The notes beneath the pieces are model-generated. The model was not told the origin of the DNA. It saw only the letters and a list, made by a program, of their open reading frames with translations, and did not search any database. A DNA stretch of 60,936 nucleotides, the filler included. It is 5 parts of 5 records of this genome, joined end to end, with 100 filler letters (N's around TTAATTAATTAA, not from the genome) between each part and the next. Parts side by side here need not be neighbours in the genome. Positions count along the whole stretch, not along the records: positions 24,308 to 37,571 come from SRR31147125_8044; positions 37,672 to 46,918 come from SRR31147125_8055; 3 more parts are not named here. One strand, 5' to 3'. Position 1 is the stretch's first letter. Each line of letters begins with the position of its first letter. The translations under genes were made by a program, and so were the position numbers. Below are positions 30,930-40,659 of the stretch, piece after piece.

Positions 30930-30958
30930 TTGACAAGCAATTTTTTTATTGATAATGT
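30930..30958 (+). promoter_or_regulatory. sigma70/sigmaA promoter of the ACT-gene leader
   Basis: TTGACA-N17-TAATGT. Confidence 0.6.
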
Positions 30959-30964
30959 ATATTT

Positions 30965-31069
30965 AATTAAAGAAGAAAAAGCCAACGTTTTGCCACCGGG
31001 TAGAGCGATTATAGGTGTTTAGACATATTCCGTTAGGTCTTTGAAGGAATAGTGTTTGAACGCTTTTTT
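30965..31069 (+). ncRNA. guanidine-IV (GGAM-1/mepA motif)-like riboswitch
   Basis: A-rich 5' end; P1 CGTTTTGCC-ACCG-GGTAGAGCG containing CCACCGGG; then a long terminator stem (31014-31031/31046-31064, U6) whose loop holds GGTC, complementary to ACC in the P1 loop. Class assigned from the recalled consensus, not a model search. Confidence 0.7.
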
Positions 31070-31110
31070 ACTTTTAGGATGAAAAATGTGGAATTTGAAA
31101 GGATGGAATT

Positions 31111-31503
31111 ATGAAGGTAGAATTGGTACTGAGTTTATTGAAAGGCGAGTATAGTGTTTGCAGATTTAATAAAGAAACGGACTTGCCTATGTGGATAAGC
31201 GATAGCGGTTTTTTTAGCGTAACTAAAACGGATGATGAGCTTTCGATTGTATGCGATACGGCATGTGTCCCAAAAGGTGCAATACAGGAAAAAGAATGGA
31301 AAATACTAAAAATAGAAGGCCCATTGGATTTTGGTCTTGTTGGGATATTGTCTTCTGTTAGTGGTGTTTTGGCTGACAAGAGTATAAGTATATTTGCTAT
31401 TTCAACTTATGACACCGATTATATCTTGGTAAAACAGCAAAACTTAAAATTAGCAATTGAGTCTTTGCAGCAAAGAGGTTATAAAGTAAATAAACATGAC
31501 TAA
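31111..31503 (+). CDS. stand-alone CASTOR-like ACT-domain protein (COG3603/ACT_7-type)
   Basis: FFSVTKTDDELSIVC, GPLDFGLVGIL and IFAISTYDTDYILVK motifs; GAAAGGA RBS. Confidence 0.88.
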   Translation: MKVELVLSLLKGEYSVCRFNKETDLPMWISDSGFFSVTKTDDELSIVCDTACVPKGAIQEKEWKILKIEGPLDFGLVGILSSVSGVLADKSISIFAISTYDTDYILVKQQNLKLAIESLQQRGYKVNKHD

Positions 31504-31625
31504 AACATTAATCTAATGTTGTTGGAAGCATTATTTTAAACATTATAATGACTAACGAAAAATATAAAAGCGGTAGTGTTAGAAGCAAAGGATTTTGATT
31601 AACATAGAGAGAAATACAGCAAGTT

Positions 31626-31669
31626 AAAATACCAACTCCAATAAAGTTAATAATGGAGTTGGTATTTTT
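31626..31669 (+). terminator. intrinsic terminator after the ACT gene
   Basis: 15-bp stem AAAATACCAACTCCA/TGGAGTTGGTATTTT. Confidence 0.75.
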
Positions 31670-31688
31670 GTTGATTAAAAAATATGGA

Positions 31689-31723
31689 TTGACAAAGTAT
31701 ACTAAATATACTAAAATAGTATA
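31689..31723 (+). promoter_or_regulatory. sigmaA promoter with overlapping palindromic TetR operator
   Basis: TTGACA-N17-TAAAAT; TATACTA-AAA-TAGTATA at 31707-31723. Confidence 0.7.
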
Positions 31724-31738
31724 CAAGAGGTGTAAGGT

Positions 31739-32290
31739 ATGACAATAGATAATAGAATTGATAGTGCGGCATACGAGTTTGTTTTTAGATATGGTATAAG
31801 AAGCTGGAATATGGATGAGTTTTCTAAACATGTTGGTATTACTAAGCGCACACTATATAAATATGTTAACAGCAAAGAGAAACTATGTGAAAGAACGCTA
31901 TTAAATTACATAAGGGATATTCAAAGCCAGCTTAATAATAAGCTTGCTAATGAGACCGATTTTAAAAAGGGTATAGATAGTATTGTTTACGCTTATCCAA
32001 AACTATTGGCAAAAACGGATTCGCATGTAATTAAAGATATTTTTTTAAAGTATCCTAATATAGAACAAACGGTTACACGTGAAAAAAATAATATAGCGAA
32101 AGAGGCTTTGGAATTTATTAAGAAGGCTCAAGACAAAGGAGTGGTTGATAAAAGCTTTAAAGCAGAAATGATTTTGGAGACGATTCAAGCTCTGGTTATT
32201 TTTAATATAAAAAACTTTCCAGATAATTTGGAAGAAAAACTACAGCAAAGCATAAATATGATGGTATATGGCATTATTACAGAGAGATAA
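31739..32290 (+). CDS. TetR/AcrR-family regulator
   Basis: WNMDEFSKHVGITKRTLYKY HTH. Confidence 0.9.
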   Translation: MTIDNRIDSAAYEFVFRYGIRSWNMDEFSKHVGITKRTLYKYVNSKEKLCERTLLNYIRDIQSQLNNKLANETDFKKGIDSIVYAYPKLLAKTDSHVIKDIFLKYPNIEQTVTREKNNIAKEALEFIKKAQDKGVVDKSFKAEMILETIQALVIFNIKNFPDNLEEKLQQSINMMVYGIITER

Positions 32291-32341
32291 GCAATAAACT
32301 ATATCTATTTTTTTACAACTAAGACCGAAAGGAAAAAGATT

Positions 32342-32827
32342 ATGGAAAACAGAATTCAATATACGCCATTTAGATCGTTTGCTAGATTTTTGAAAATTAA
32401 GAAAGCAAAAAAGCTTATATTCATTGATGATAATATTGGAGACAAAATTGATGTGCATGGTGAGGAAACCTTTGAAGTATTTAAAGAGATCAGTCTTTTA
32501 GATGATGATGGCAATAAAAAACAAGGAGATACCATATTTAGCGTTGTGTTTTATGTAGGTAAGAAAGAAGTTTCAAAAGTTATGACAAGAAACGAAAAAA
32601 CGATACCATTTTTTATAGGCTTACCAGGTTTTTGTAATAAAAAGTTTATGGTAAATGAAGATATAGGAGCTTTTAGCGGAAAGTATGAATGGGAAAGCGT
32701 AGAAAAGGCAAAGAATTACGCAAACTCATATGCGGTTAATTTTATGAAAAAGCGCAGTAAAAGTATAAAGTATTGGATAACGGATAAAAAGACAGGTAAA
32801 GTCGTTTTGGAGAAAGCATATGAATAA
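32342..32827 (+). CDS. YdhR-like dimeric alpha/beta-barrel protein (putative monooxygenase)
   Basis: GLPGFCNKKFMV...FSGKYEWESVEKAKNY pattern. Confidence 0.6.
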   Translation: MENRIQYTPFRSFARFLKIKKAKKLIFIDDNIGDKIDVHGEETFEVFKEISLLDDDGNKKQGDTIFSVVFYVGKKEVSKVMTRNEKTIPFFIGLPGFCNKKFMVNEDIGAFSGKYEWESVEKAKNYANSYAVNFMKKRSKSIKYWITDKKTGKVVLEKAYE

Positions 32828-33742
32828 CATTGAAGATTACGTCATTATATATTTTTCGGGAACAGGCAATACAAAGCTTGTATCCGAACAAATAAAAATA
32901 AGGCTAGAAAAGGCAATAAACAGTGTTCAGTTGATATCTATTGAGGATAAAGATGCTATAGAAAATCTTGATTTTAAAAACAAGGTTATTGGGTTTGGAT
33001 ATCCTGTATATAAGTTTTCGTATCCTGACAATTTTGAAGAGGTTATTGATAAGATAAACCAAAAAGCGGTGTGTAATGACTACTTTGTATTTAGTACCTA
33101 TACTAGGTTTAACGCATATGCACTGGATGATTTTATTAGAAAAATGGATAGTAAGAAATTCAACCTAATTGCTAAGGGCTGTTTTAAAGCGCCATCTTGC
33201 GGGATTTCTGCAAGAAAAGAAGAAAAAGACTACGAATATGAATCGGTTATGTTTTTTGAAGATAATATTACAACCGCACTTGACAATTTTGTCAAAGGTG
33301 TTTTAGTAAAAAAGGACTTGGGATATAAGGCAAAAAAAGTTTCGTTACTACAGAAAATCCAAAAATCGTAGTTAAAGATGTTGAGATTGTTAAATACCCG
33401 AAGCTTAGTATAGATAAAACAATATGCATTAATTGTGGACTATGCCAAAAAAACTGTCCTGAAAACAATTTTGTTAAAAGTGAAAATAGTGTAAGTGTAA
33501 AGGATGATAATGGATGTCTTCATTGTTTAAGATGTATGCATAACTGTCCTAAAAATGCTATTGATTTTGGAGAACTAACTAAAGGTGATAATAGATATAC
33601 CCATGTAGTTAGGGATAAGATGTTTGAAAAATCTGCTAGCGGATATAAGGAAAAATATTGGATTGACTTTGATAAAACAATAAAATTGTGGCGTAAAAAC
33701 ACTATGAAATATTGGCTGAGTCAGAAGCTGAAAATAAAATAA
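32820..33742 (+). CDS. EFR1-family flavodoxin-ferredoxin fusion, frameshifted near 33332-33365
   Basis: YFSGTGNT flavodoxin motif; the -1 frame continues with CINCGLCQKNCP and CLHCLRCMHNCP to the 33742 stop. Confidence 0.85.
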
Positions 33743-33755
33743 GTAAAACCACACT

Positions 33756-33785
33756 AAGCATAGGTAACCCCCTATGCTTTTTTTT
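33756..33785 (+). terminator. intrinsic terminator
   Basis: AAGCATAGG/CCTATGCTT plus a T run. Confidence 0.8.
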
Positions 33786-33893
33786 ATTAGGGCCAGTTAT
33801 AAACAGATTTTATATAGTTTTTACTCACTATCCTTTTTGTTATATTCTTCAATACCTATTAACAATACATTAAAATTGCTTAGTTGCAATAAA

Positions 33894-33987
33894 CGTAATA
33901 TTTTCGTAATATTTGTCGATAATCGTCTTTAATTTAGTTTAAACAGCTTTAATCAGCTTTGAGAATAAATTTTTATTTTTATATACT
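33894..33987 (+). promoter_or_regulatory. WalR-like direct repeat and sigmaA promoter of the cell-wall hydrolase gene
   Basis: CGTAAT-N5-CGTAAT at 33894-33910; TTGAGA-N17-TATACT at 33959-33987. Confidence 0.45.
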
Positions 33988-34096
33988 CGTTTCACCAACA
34001 CAAGCAGTGGCAATAAAGTGTGCAAGCGTTAAAAACTTGTATACAGAACAGTCTAAATATTTTTTTGCTGCTTATTGGAACGAAAGGAGATATAAA

Positions 34097-35230
34097 ATGA
34101 AGAAAAAGAAACTTTTCAAAGTTTTAGCAACGGTTCTAGTTTTATGCATAAGTTTATTCCCTGCTGTTTCTTTTGCTCTATCTAGCAGTGATACATTATC
34201 TTATGGAGATAGGGGTGAAGATGTTAAAGAACTGCAGCTAGAGCTAAAGGCAAAGGGTTTTTTCAATTATACTGCAACAGGGTATTTTGGAAGTTTAACA
34301 AAAGCTTCGGTTAAAGATTTTCAATCTAGTAAAGGTTTAAAAGTGGATGGGATTGTTGGTCCAAACACTAAGGCAGAACTTTTTACTGATACATCAAGCA
34401 GTCCGATTGTGCAAGAAACAAAGCTTAAGTACACTATTGGTGATAAAGGTGACGAGGTTTTAAAAATTCAACAAAAACTAAAAGACTTAGGACACTTTGA
34501 TTATCATAAGGTTACTGGTTATTATGGAACAATAACAAAATCGGCTGTTATTAGTTTCCAAAAAGCAAATGGTCTAGTGGCTGACGGTATTGTTGGACAA
34601 AAAACATATGATAAGCTGTTTTTACAGACACAAAGCAGTATAACACTAAGGCTTTCTGATGAAGGTGATAGCGTATTTGACTTGCAAACCAGATTAAAGG
34701 AGCTAGGATATTATACGCATTCTAATATTACAGGATACTATGGAAGCATAACTGTAGCTGCGGTTAAGGATTTTCAAAAGGCTCACGGGCTTATTGCTGA
34801 TGGTATTGCTGGTAAAAACACAAAAAGTATTTTGTTCTCTGATGATGCAAAAAGCACATTAGAAAGCGTAAAGGGAAGCGATGCTGATGTTGACCTTTTA
34901 GCAAGAGTAGTTTATGGTGAATCACGCGGAGAACCGTATGAAGGTAAAGTTGCAGTTGCGGCTGTGGTTTTAAACAGAATAGAAAGTCCGCTTTTCCCAA
35001 ACAGCATGTATGATGTTATATATCAGGCAAATGCTTTTTCTATAGTAAAGGATGGACAAATAAACTTATCGCCAGATGCGGAAGCGCTAAGAGCGGCAAC
35101 AGATGCTATAAACGGTAGTGATCCATCAAAAGGTGCGTTGTTCTTTTATAACCCAGATATGACGAATAGTACTTACTTGAATTCAAGAGAAGTGACTGTG
35201 TATATAGGGGATCATAAGTTTTGCAAATAA
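34097..35230 (+). CDS. SleB-like cell-wall hydrolase with three peptidoglycan-binding repeats
   Basis: Signal peptide; three FQ..GL.ADGI.G repeats; LLARVVYGESRGEPYEGKVAVAAVVLNR; RBS AAAGGAGA. Confidence 0.92.
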   Translation: MKKKKLFKVLATVLVLCISLFPAVSFALSSSDTLSYGDRGEDVKELQLELKAKGFFNYTATGYFGSLTKASVKDFQSSKGLKVDGIVGPNTKAELFTDTSSSPIVQETKLKYTIGDKGDEVLKIQQKLKDLGHFDYHKVTGYYGTITKSAVISFQKANGLVADGIVGQKTYDKLFLQTQSSITLRLSDEGDSVFDLQTRLKELGYYTHSNITGYYGSITVAAVKDFQKAHGLIADGIAGKNTKSILFSDDAKSTLESVKGSDADVDLLARVVYGESRGEPYEGKVAVAAVVLNRIESPLFPNSMYDVIYQANAFSIVKDGQINLSPDAEALRAATDAINGSDPSKGALFFYNPDMTNSTYLNSREVTVYIGDHKFCK

Positions 35231-35264
35231 ATAGATAAAATATATATAGTAAAAATGACATATT

Positions 35265-35297
35265 AAAGCCAACTGAAAGTTTTTCAGTTGGCTTTTT
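35265..35297. terminator. bidirectional terminator between convergent genes
   Basis: AAAGCCAACTGAAA/TTTCAGTTGGCTTT. Confidence 0.8.
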
Positions 35298-35334
35298 CAT
35301 ATGTCTTATAACTTGATTGGTATAAACTTAAAAA

Positions 35335-35925
35335 TTATGACATCGTTTTAATCTCACCAATACTATTAGCTATACTGCAAACATGAGCGGCATCTTCTAT
35401 ATACGCGGCGCGCACATAAGCAAGCTCTATATGATCAGCAATCGCAACAGTACCATGACTTTGCAAAAGACAAGTACTGCGATTTTGATCTTTTAAAAGA
35501 GAAGCTACATTTATACCAAGTTGTTTGCTTCCAATTGGGGCAAATCTACTGACAGGGATTTCTCCATCTGTCCAAAATTCCATTTCCGCCAAAGCATATG
35601 GTATTGGTTTATCAACAACCGAATAAGCTGTTGCAAAAGGCGAATGAGTATGCAAAACAGCTTTTGCGTCGCATACTTTATAAATTTCGGTATGGAGAGG
35701 CCATTCTACTGATGGTTTTTTGTCACCATTCAGTACGTTGCCATCAAGATCAATTTTCACTATATCATCTATTGTCATGGTGTCGTGTTGTGCTCCGCTT
35801 GGCGTTATATAAACGATATTGTTATTATCATCATATATGCTTGCGTTTCCGCTTGTTCCCTGCATAAGGTTTTGCTCAAAGGCTTTTTTGTACCATTTAA
35901 GCAAGTCTGTCTTTAAACTAAGCAT
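35335..35925 (-). CDS. class II aldolase/adducin-family protein (FucA-like)
   Basis: GTSGNAS, ITPSG, PSVEWPLH, LHTHS and SHG motifs. Confidence 0.92.
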   Translation of the reverse strand: MLSLKTDLLKWYKKAFEQNLMQGTSGNASIYDDNNNIVYITPSGAQHDTMTIDDIVKIDLDGNVLNGDKKPSVEWPLHTEIYKVCDAKAVLHTHSPFATAYSVVDKPIPYALAEMEFWTDGEIPVSRFAPIGSKQLGINVASLLKDQNRSTCLLQSHGTVAIADHIELAYVRAAYIEDAAHVCSIANSIGEIKTMS

Positions 35926-36114
35926 AAATTTATCTCCTATATTAAATTAGTCTTATAAATATAATAATATCACTATTTATGAGCGTGTCAATATTTATAG
36001 TTAACACCTGCTTTTTGCTATAAGATAGGATAATAAAAGTAAATATAATAATAAGATAATGCTATTAATAGTACAAACTATTTAGTATATTAGTTATATA
36101 TCAAAAATTAGGAG

Positions 36115-37293
36115 ATGAAAACAATGCTGTTGTTAATAATATATTTAGCTTTTATAAGCTTAGGCTTGCCAGATACGCTTCTTGGCTCATCTTGGACAGT
36201 TATGCATATAGATATGGGTGCATCAATTGATTTTGCTGGTGTTCTATTTATGGTGATATGTGGAGGAACAATAATATCCAGCTTACTTTCAACCAGAGTT
36301 GTACAAAAGTTTAAAACAGGTAAAGTTGTATTGGTAAGCGTTGCTATGACTGCAATTGCGCTTTTTGGCTATGCTATATCAAACTCTATATGGATGCTGA
36401 TACTTTTTTCAATTCCACTTGGACTTGGAGCAGGTTCGATAGATTCGGCACTTAATAATTTTGTAGCGTTACACTATAAAGCTCGCCATATGAGCTGGCT
36501 TCATTGTTTTTGGGGGGTTGGAGCAACAGGTGGTCCTTTGATTTTGGCATTTGTTCTGGGGAGCAACGGAAGCTGGAGAAGTGGATACAGCACAATTGGT
36601 ACAATACAGACAGTACTTGTGGTGATTTTAATAGCATCATTACCGCTTTGGAAAAACGTAGGCAGTAATATAGCCAAAGAGCATGAAGGGCATGAAGAGC
36701 AAGTAGAGTTAATGTCTAACCGAGATTCTGTTAAAATAAAAGGTGTAAAGCTTGCTTTGTTGACTTTTTTATTCTATTGCTCCCTAGAAGCATCAGTCGG
36801 GCTTTGGGCAGCGAGTTATTTAACAACAATAAGAGAGGTTTCGCCAGATAAAGCGGCGCTTTGGGTTTCGTTTTATTATGGAGGTATTACAATAGGGCGG
36901 TTTATATCAGGGGCTATTTCGAATAAGATAAAAAGCGAAAACCAAATTAGAGGTGGCGTTACTATTATGGCGATTGGGGTTGTTTTAATGACTATTCAGA
37001 TATCGCAATTGTACCCTATGATAGGGTTAATACTAATAGGTCTTGGTTGTGCGCCTATTTTCCCTAGCATGCTACATTTAACACCGCAGCGTTTTGGTAA
37101 AAAAGCATCTCAGTCAGTAATAGGATTATCTATGGCTTTTGCATATATAGGAAGCACATTTACGCCCCCTATTTTAGGTGCGGTATCTTCAGTTTTATCG
37201 CTAAAGATTATCCCATATGTACTATTAGTGTTTGTGGCCCTAATGTTGTTAACAAGCGAGTCTTTACGAAAAAAACAGTATAATCAACAATAG
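36115..37293 (+). CDS. MFS transporter (FucP-like)
   Basis: About 12 TMs, AFISLGLPD, LHCFWGVGA, GCAPIFP. Confidence 0.9.
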   Translation: MKTMLLLIIYLAFISLGLPDTLLGSSWTVMHIDMGASIDFAGVLFMVICGGTIISSLLSTRVVQKFKTGKVVLVSVAMTAIALFGYAISNSIWMLILFSIPLGLGAGSIDSALNNFVALHYKARHMSWLHCFWGVGATGGPLILAFVLGSNGSWRSGYSTIGTIQTVLVVILIASLPLWKNVGSNIAKEHEGHEEQVELMSNRDSVKIKGVKLALLTFLFYCSLEASVGLWAASYLTTIREVSPDKAALWVSFYYGGITIGRFISGAISNKIKSENQIRGGVTIMAIGVVLMTIQISQLYPMIGLILIGLGCAPIFPSMLHLTPQRFGKKASQSVIGLSMAFAYIGSTFTPPILGAVSSVLSLKIIPYVLLVFVALMLLTSESLRKKQYNQQ

Positions 37294-37455
37294 TATGACA
37301 AAATATATATACAGATATTTTTTATGTAAAATATTTTAAGCCCGATTATTATAATTGGGTTTAGTTTTTTTACTGGTTTAAGGTTTGTTTATGGAAAATA
37401 AGCTACAATTGTTTTATAATTGCTATATGCAAAATAACAAGATTTTAAGGATGTT

Positions 37456-37571
37456 ATGAAAAATAATAATATAAGGCATATTACTAAAATGGCGATGCTT
37501 ATATGTATTGCTTTAATTCTAAGCTATATAGAAACACTTATACCAGCAACAGGAATACCAGGAGCTAAACT
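37456..37571 (+). CDS. Gx transporter (heptaprenyl diphosphate synthase component I-like), 5' fragment
   Basis: MKNNNIRHITKMAMLICIALILSYIETLIPATGIPGAKL runs to the edge. Confidence 0.7.
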
Positions 37572-37671
37572 NNNNNNNNNNNNNNNNNNNNNNNNNNNNN
37601 NNNNNNNNNNNNNNNTTAATTAATTAANNNNNNNNNNNNNNNNNNNNNNNNNNNNNNNNNNNNNNNNNNNN
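37572..37671. other. artificial contig linker
   Basis: N44-TTAATTAATTAA-N44. Confidence 0.98.
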
Positions 37672-37689
37672 TTTTTTTGAATCCCTCAT

Positions 37690-38679
37690 TTATAGTGCCA
37701 TGAGCTGGCATCCGGTAATTTTATATTGTGTAACGACATTTCGACCATTTTGTTTTGAATGATAGAGAGCGATATCCGCTTCATGGATCATTTGAAGGTA
37801 GTTTTTGATATCTGGACGGAACTGGACAACCCCCAGGCTGACCGTTACACTGATGGGCATGTCCTGATAAGCCGTTGTGCTTTTTTCTATGTTCATCCGG
37901 ATTCTTTGAGCGAGAATCGTCGCACTTTCCAAGTTGGTTTCGGGGAGAAGAATAAAAAATTCTTCCCCGCCATACCGGCCAATAATATCAGCGGAACGTA
38001 ATTGGGATTTAACGGTTTGCGCTATATTTTTGAGCACCTCATCGCCGGCAAGGTGGCCGTGGGTGTCGTTGACCCGTTTAAACTTATCGATATCAAAAAA
38101 TACAATGGAGAAAATAGTATTGTATCTTTTTGCTTTGTTAAACTCAAAGTCAATCTGGTTTTCCACATATACCCTGTTAAATAGGGAGGTGAGGGCGTCG
38201 TGGTTGGTCATCTGCTCCAATGTAAGATTGATATCTCTAATCTCCGATAATTTTCTCTGGGAAACGACTACATCGGTCATGTCATGAATGGTAATACAAA
38301 CATATGTCTCTCCGGTTGTACGATTTAAAACGGGAAGAAATGTACAGTCTTGGTGCATGAACTCAATCCCATCGTCTTTCACCATGCTGCTGTGACTGAA
38401 GCGAAAAAGATAGGGCTTTTGGGTCCAGGAAACAAAAGAATAGTTTTTGATCAATCGAACGCTTTTGAGTTTCAACTCCATCCACTGTCTGGGAAGATAG
38501 GAAAAAACTGAAAACAGGTTTTTTCCCACTAGATCTGTCGAAGGGATACCGCTGTGTTTGGCCATGAATTGATTCCAAAACAGGACTCGATTCTCTTCAT
38601 CCAAAACAGTCACGCCGATGTTGATCCGATCCAGTAGGGCGTTCAGGGTCTCAATATTGTCAATCACCATGCGTGTCAT
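37690..38679 (-). CDS. PAS-GGDEF diguanylate cyclase
   Basis: DALTSLFNR, DIDKFKRVNDTHGH, RSAD I-site and RYGGEEF motifs. Confidence 0.93.
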   Translation of the reverse strand: MTRMVIDNIETLNALLDRINIGVTVLDEENRVLFWNQFMAKHSGIPSTDLVGKNLFSVFSYLPRQWMELKLKSVRLIKNYSFVSWTQKPYLFRFSHSSMVKDDGIEFMHQDCTFLPVLNRTTGETYVCITIHDMTDVVVSQRKLSEIRDINLTLEQMTNHDALTSLFNRVYVENQIDFEFNKAKRYNTIFSIVFFDIDKFKRVNDTHGHLAGDEVLKNIAQTVKSQLRSADIIGRYGGEEFFILLPETNLESATILAQRIRMNIEKSTTAYQDMPISVTVSLGVVQFRPDIKNYLQMIHEADIALYHSKQNGRNVVTQYKITGCQLMAL

Positions 38680-39317
38680 AGATCTTCCAGAAGCTTGTCA
38701 ATGGACTGTGTTACAGCGGTGATGGCTTTCTCCGAAATGAAAATCAAAAGATCACTTTTGAAAGACTTATCTTTCAGATTAAACGTGATTTTGGAGAGCA
38801 GTGTATAGCCCCATTGCAGATTTCGTCTTTTGAAAGTATCGTATACAATGTCTTCCAATGCTTTGTTTTCTGAAAGCACCTCCGGAGGGTTAAACGTCAT
38901 ACCTTGGCTGAACAATTGCTCTGAGATGCTGTTAAGACACGCGCCCACCATTAAGTTGGTGAGCTCCAGCATGAAATCCATCTCCTCCACGGAATCCATC
39001 TGGGATGAGAGTCCCAGGATTTCAGCAAAGCTTTGCCGGGTTTCATTATTAAAAATGACCACCGCCTCTCCATCGATGAATGAGGCATTGTGAAATGCCT
39101 GTTTGAAGAGACTGACCGTTTCCTTTCCATCAAAGACGCTCTCTTTGAGGATTTTTTCTGCAACCTTTTCCGCCTCGATGATTTGAATTTCAGGAACCAC
39201 TAAATCGACAAAGGATTTCAGGATGGTTGCAAGGTCACTTCCTGCCTGTCCCATGGCAAGATTGACCACCTCTTTGAGCATCTCATATTGATCTTCCGTG
39301 AATTGAACAGGCATCAT
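38676..39317 (-). CDS. CheC-like phosphatase
   Basis: Two E..N motifs: KEVVNLAMGQA and LELTNLMVGACL. Confidence 0.85.
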   Translation of the reverse strand: MMPVQFTEDQYEMLKEVVNLAMGQAGSDLATILKSFVDLVVPEIQIIEAEKVAEKILKESVFDGKETVSLFKQAFHNASFIDGEAVVIFNNETRQSFAEILGLSSQMDSVEEMDFMLELTNLMVGACLNSISEQLFSQGMTFNPPEVLSENKALEDIVYDTFKRRNLQWGYTLLSKITFNLKDKSFKSDLLIFISEKAITAVTQSIDKLLEDL

Positions 39318-39694
39318 ATCATATCCAGGTTCTTTAAGATCTCAACGATCGGTTTCGTGTTGAGGGGACGCGCTTTTTCAATATACCCAATGGCCCCAAG
39401 ATCTGTTACGATTTTTTTCGCTTCAGGCTGAATGTCGGCAGTCAAAACAATGATGTTGGCCTGAATGTCTTGTTGTTGAAGCTCTTTCAACACTTCATAT
39501 CCTGTCTTTTCAGGCATGGTCAGATCCAGAAATACCAGATCAAAGTTTGTTTCCGTGAGGTAGGCTATTGCTTCGATACCATTGCTAGCCTCTGTTAAAA
39601 CGGGGACGCTCTCTCCAAAAAGATCCAATAATTCTTTTGAGAGCATTTTTCGAATAATTTTTGAGTCATCCACAATCAAAATGGATACAGTCAT
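39314..39694 (-). CDS. single-domain CheY-like response regulator
   Basis: ILIVDDS, FLDLTMP, LTADIQ; start moved to ATG 39694 (AGGG RBS). Confidence 0.9.
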   Translation of the reverse strand: MTVSILIVDDSKIIRKMLSKELLDLFGESVPVLTEASNGIEAIAYLTETNFDLVFLDLTMPEKTGYEVLKELQQQDIQANIIVLTADIQPEAKKIVTDLGAIGYIEKARPLNTKPIVEILKNLDMI

Positions 39695-39900
39695 TATAAA
39701 TTCCCTATAGTAAAAATTTGGCATCCCATTGGCACACCCGTTGATCACCGGAGACCATCTACTTGCATTCTGTTTGTACGGGGTCATCAGGGGCTTTGCA
39801 TTGTATGAAATGGGATGTTGAAAGCGCATTAAATGAGTACTTTTACCACCTTGGACAGCGGAGTGTCAAGGTGGTGCAGGTTTGGAAAAAGGTACTTTGT

Positions 39901-40574
39901 CTATTTTTTCGGCAACTGATCCAAATACCACTCCATGGGATCCAGTAAGGAAAATCCCAATTCCTTCAGTTTCTTTTTTATCCGGATGACATTATTGGTA
40001 AGAAGATATACGAAAACCCCCTCATATCCGGCTCCCAATGGCGCGCCACAAGGACACTGCCGATGGAGATATTCTCTTCGGTGATGGCATCCACAATGCG
40101 CTTGAGTTGCCCCACTTTCTCTTTCACCAGGATACCAACAAGCGTTCCCGGTTCTTTGATTCCAAGAACATTGATAAACGCACGGAGAAGATCTCTCACC
40201 GAGAGGATCCCTTTCAGCGTACCGTCGCTGTCCACAACGGGAAACGCCCCCACTTTTTTTTGCTGAATCAACAAAAGCGCATCCGGGATGGTATCCATAG
40301 GGGAGATGGTGCTGGGGGTCTCGCTCATGATATCCCGAACTTTCAACTCGGCAAGCTTTGCTTTCTCTTCAGGATCATCCGGCGATTTCAACAGCGTGTA
40401 GGGCATGGCACTTCGAAGGTCCCTGTCCGTGACAATACCGATCAGCTTATTGTCGGGATCGGTAACAGGGAGATGACGAATGCCGTTGGCAGCCATTTTT
40501 TCCCGGGCTTCAGAAAGGGAGGCCTCTTTATCAATGGTAATCACTTCTTTGATCATGGACGTGTTGACGAACAT
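39901..40574 (-). CDS. CBS plus ACT domain protein (AcuB-like), frameshift at about 40017-40021
   Basis: IRHLPV and GIVTDRDLR motifs; adding one base to G5 restores VFVYLLTNNVIRIKKKLKELGFSLLDPMEWYLDQLPKK*. Confidence 0.85.
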
Positions 40575-40659
40575 CTGAATCCTCCTGACAAATAGGGTTG
40601 AAACGTTTGACTCTCTTCAATGGCAATGAGTTGAACGAAAGGGCACCTGAATTGCCCCT

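Noticed and set aside
31508-31831. 107-aa minus-strand hydrophobic ORF
   Set aside because: Overlaps the tetR start, its promoter and a terminator hairpin; probably spurious.
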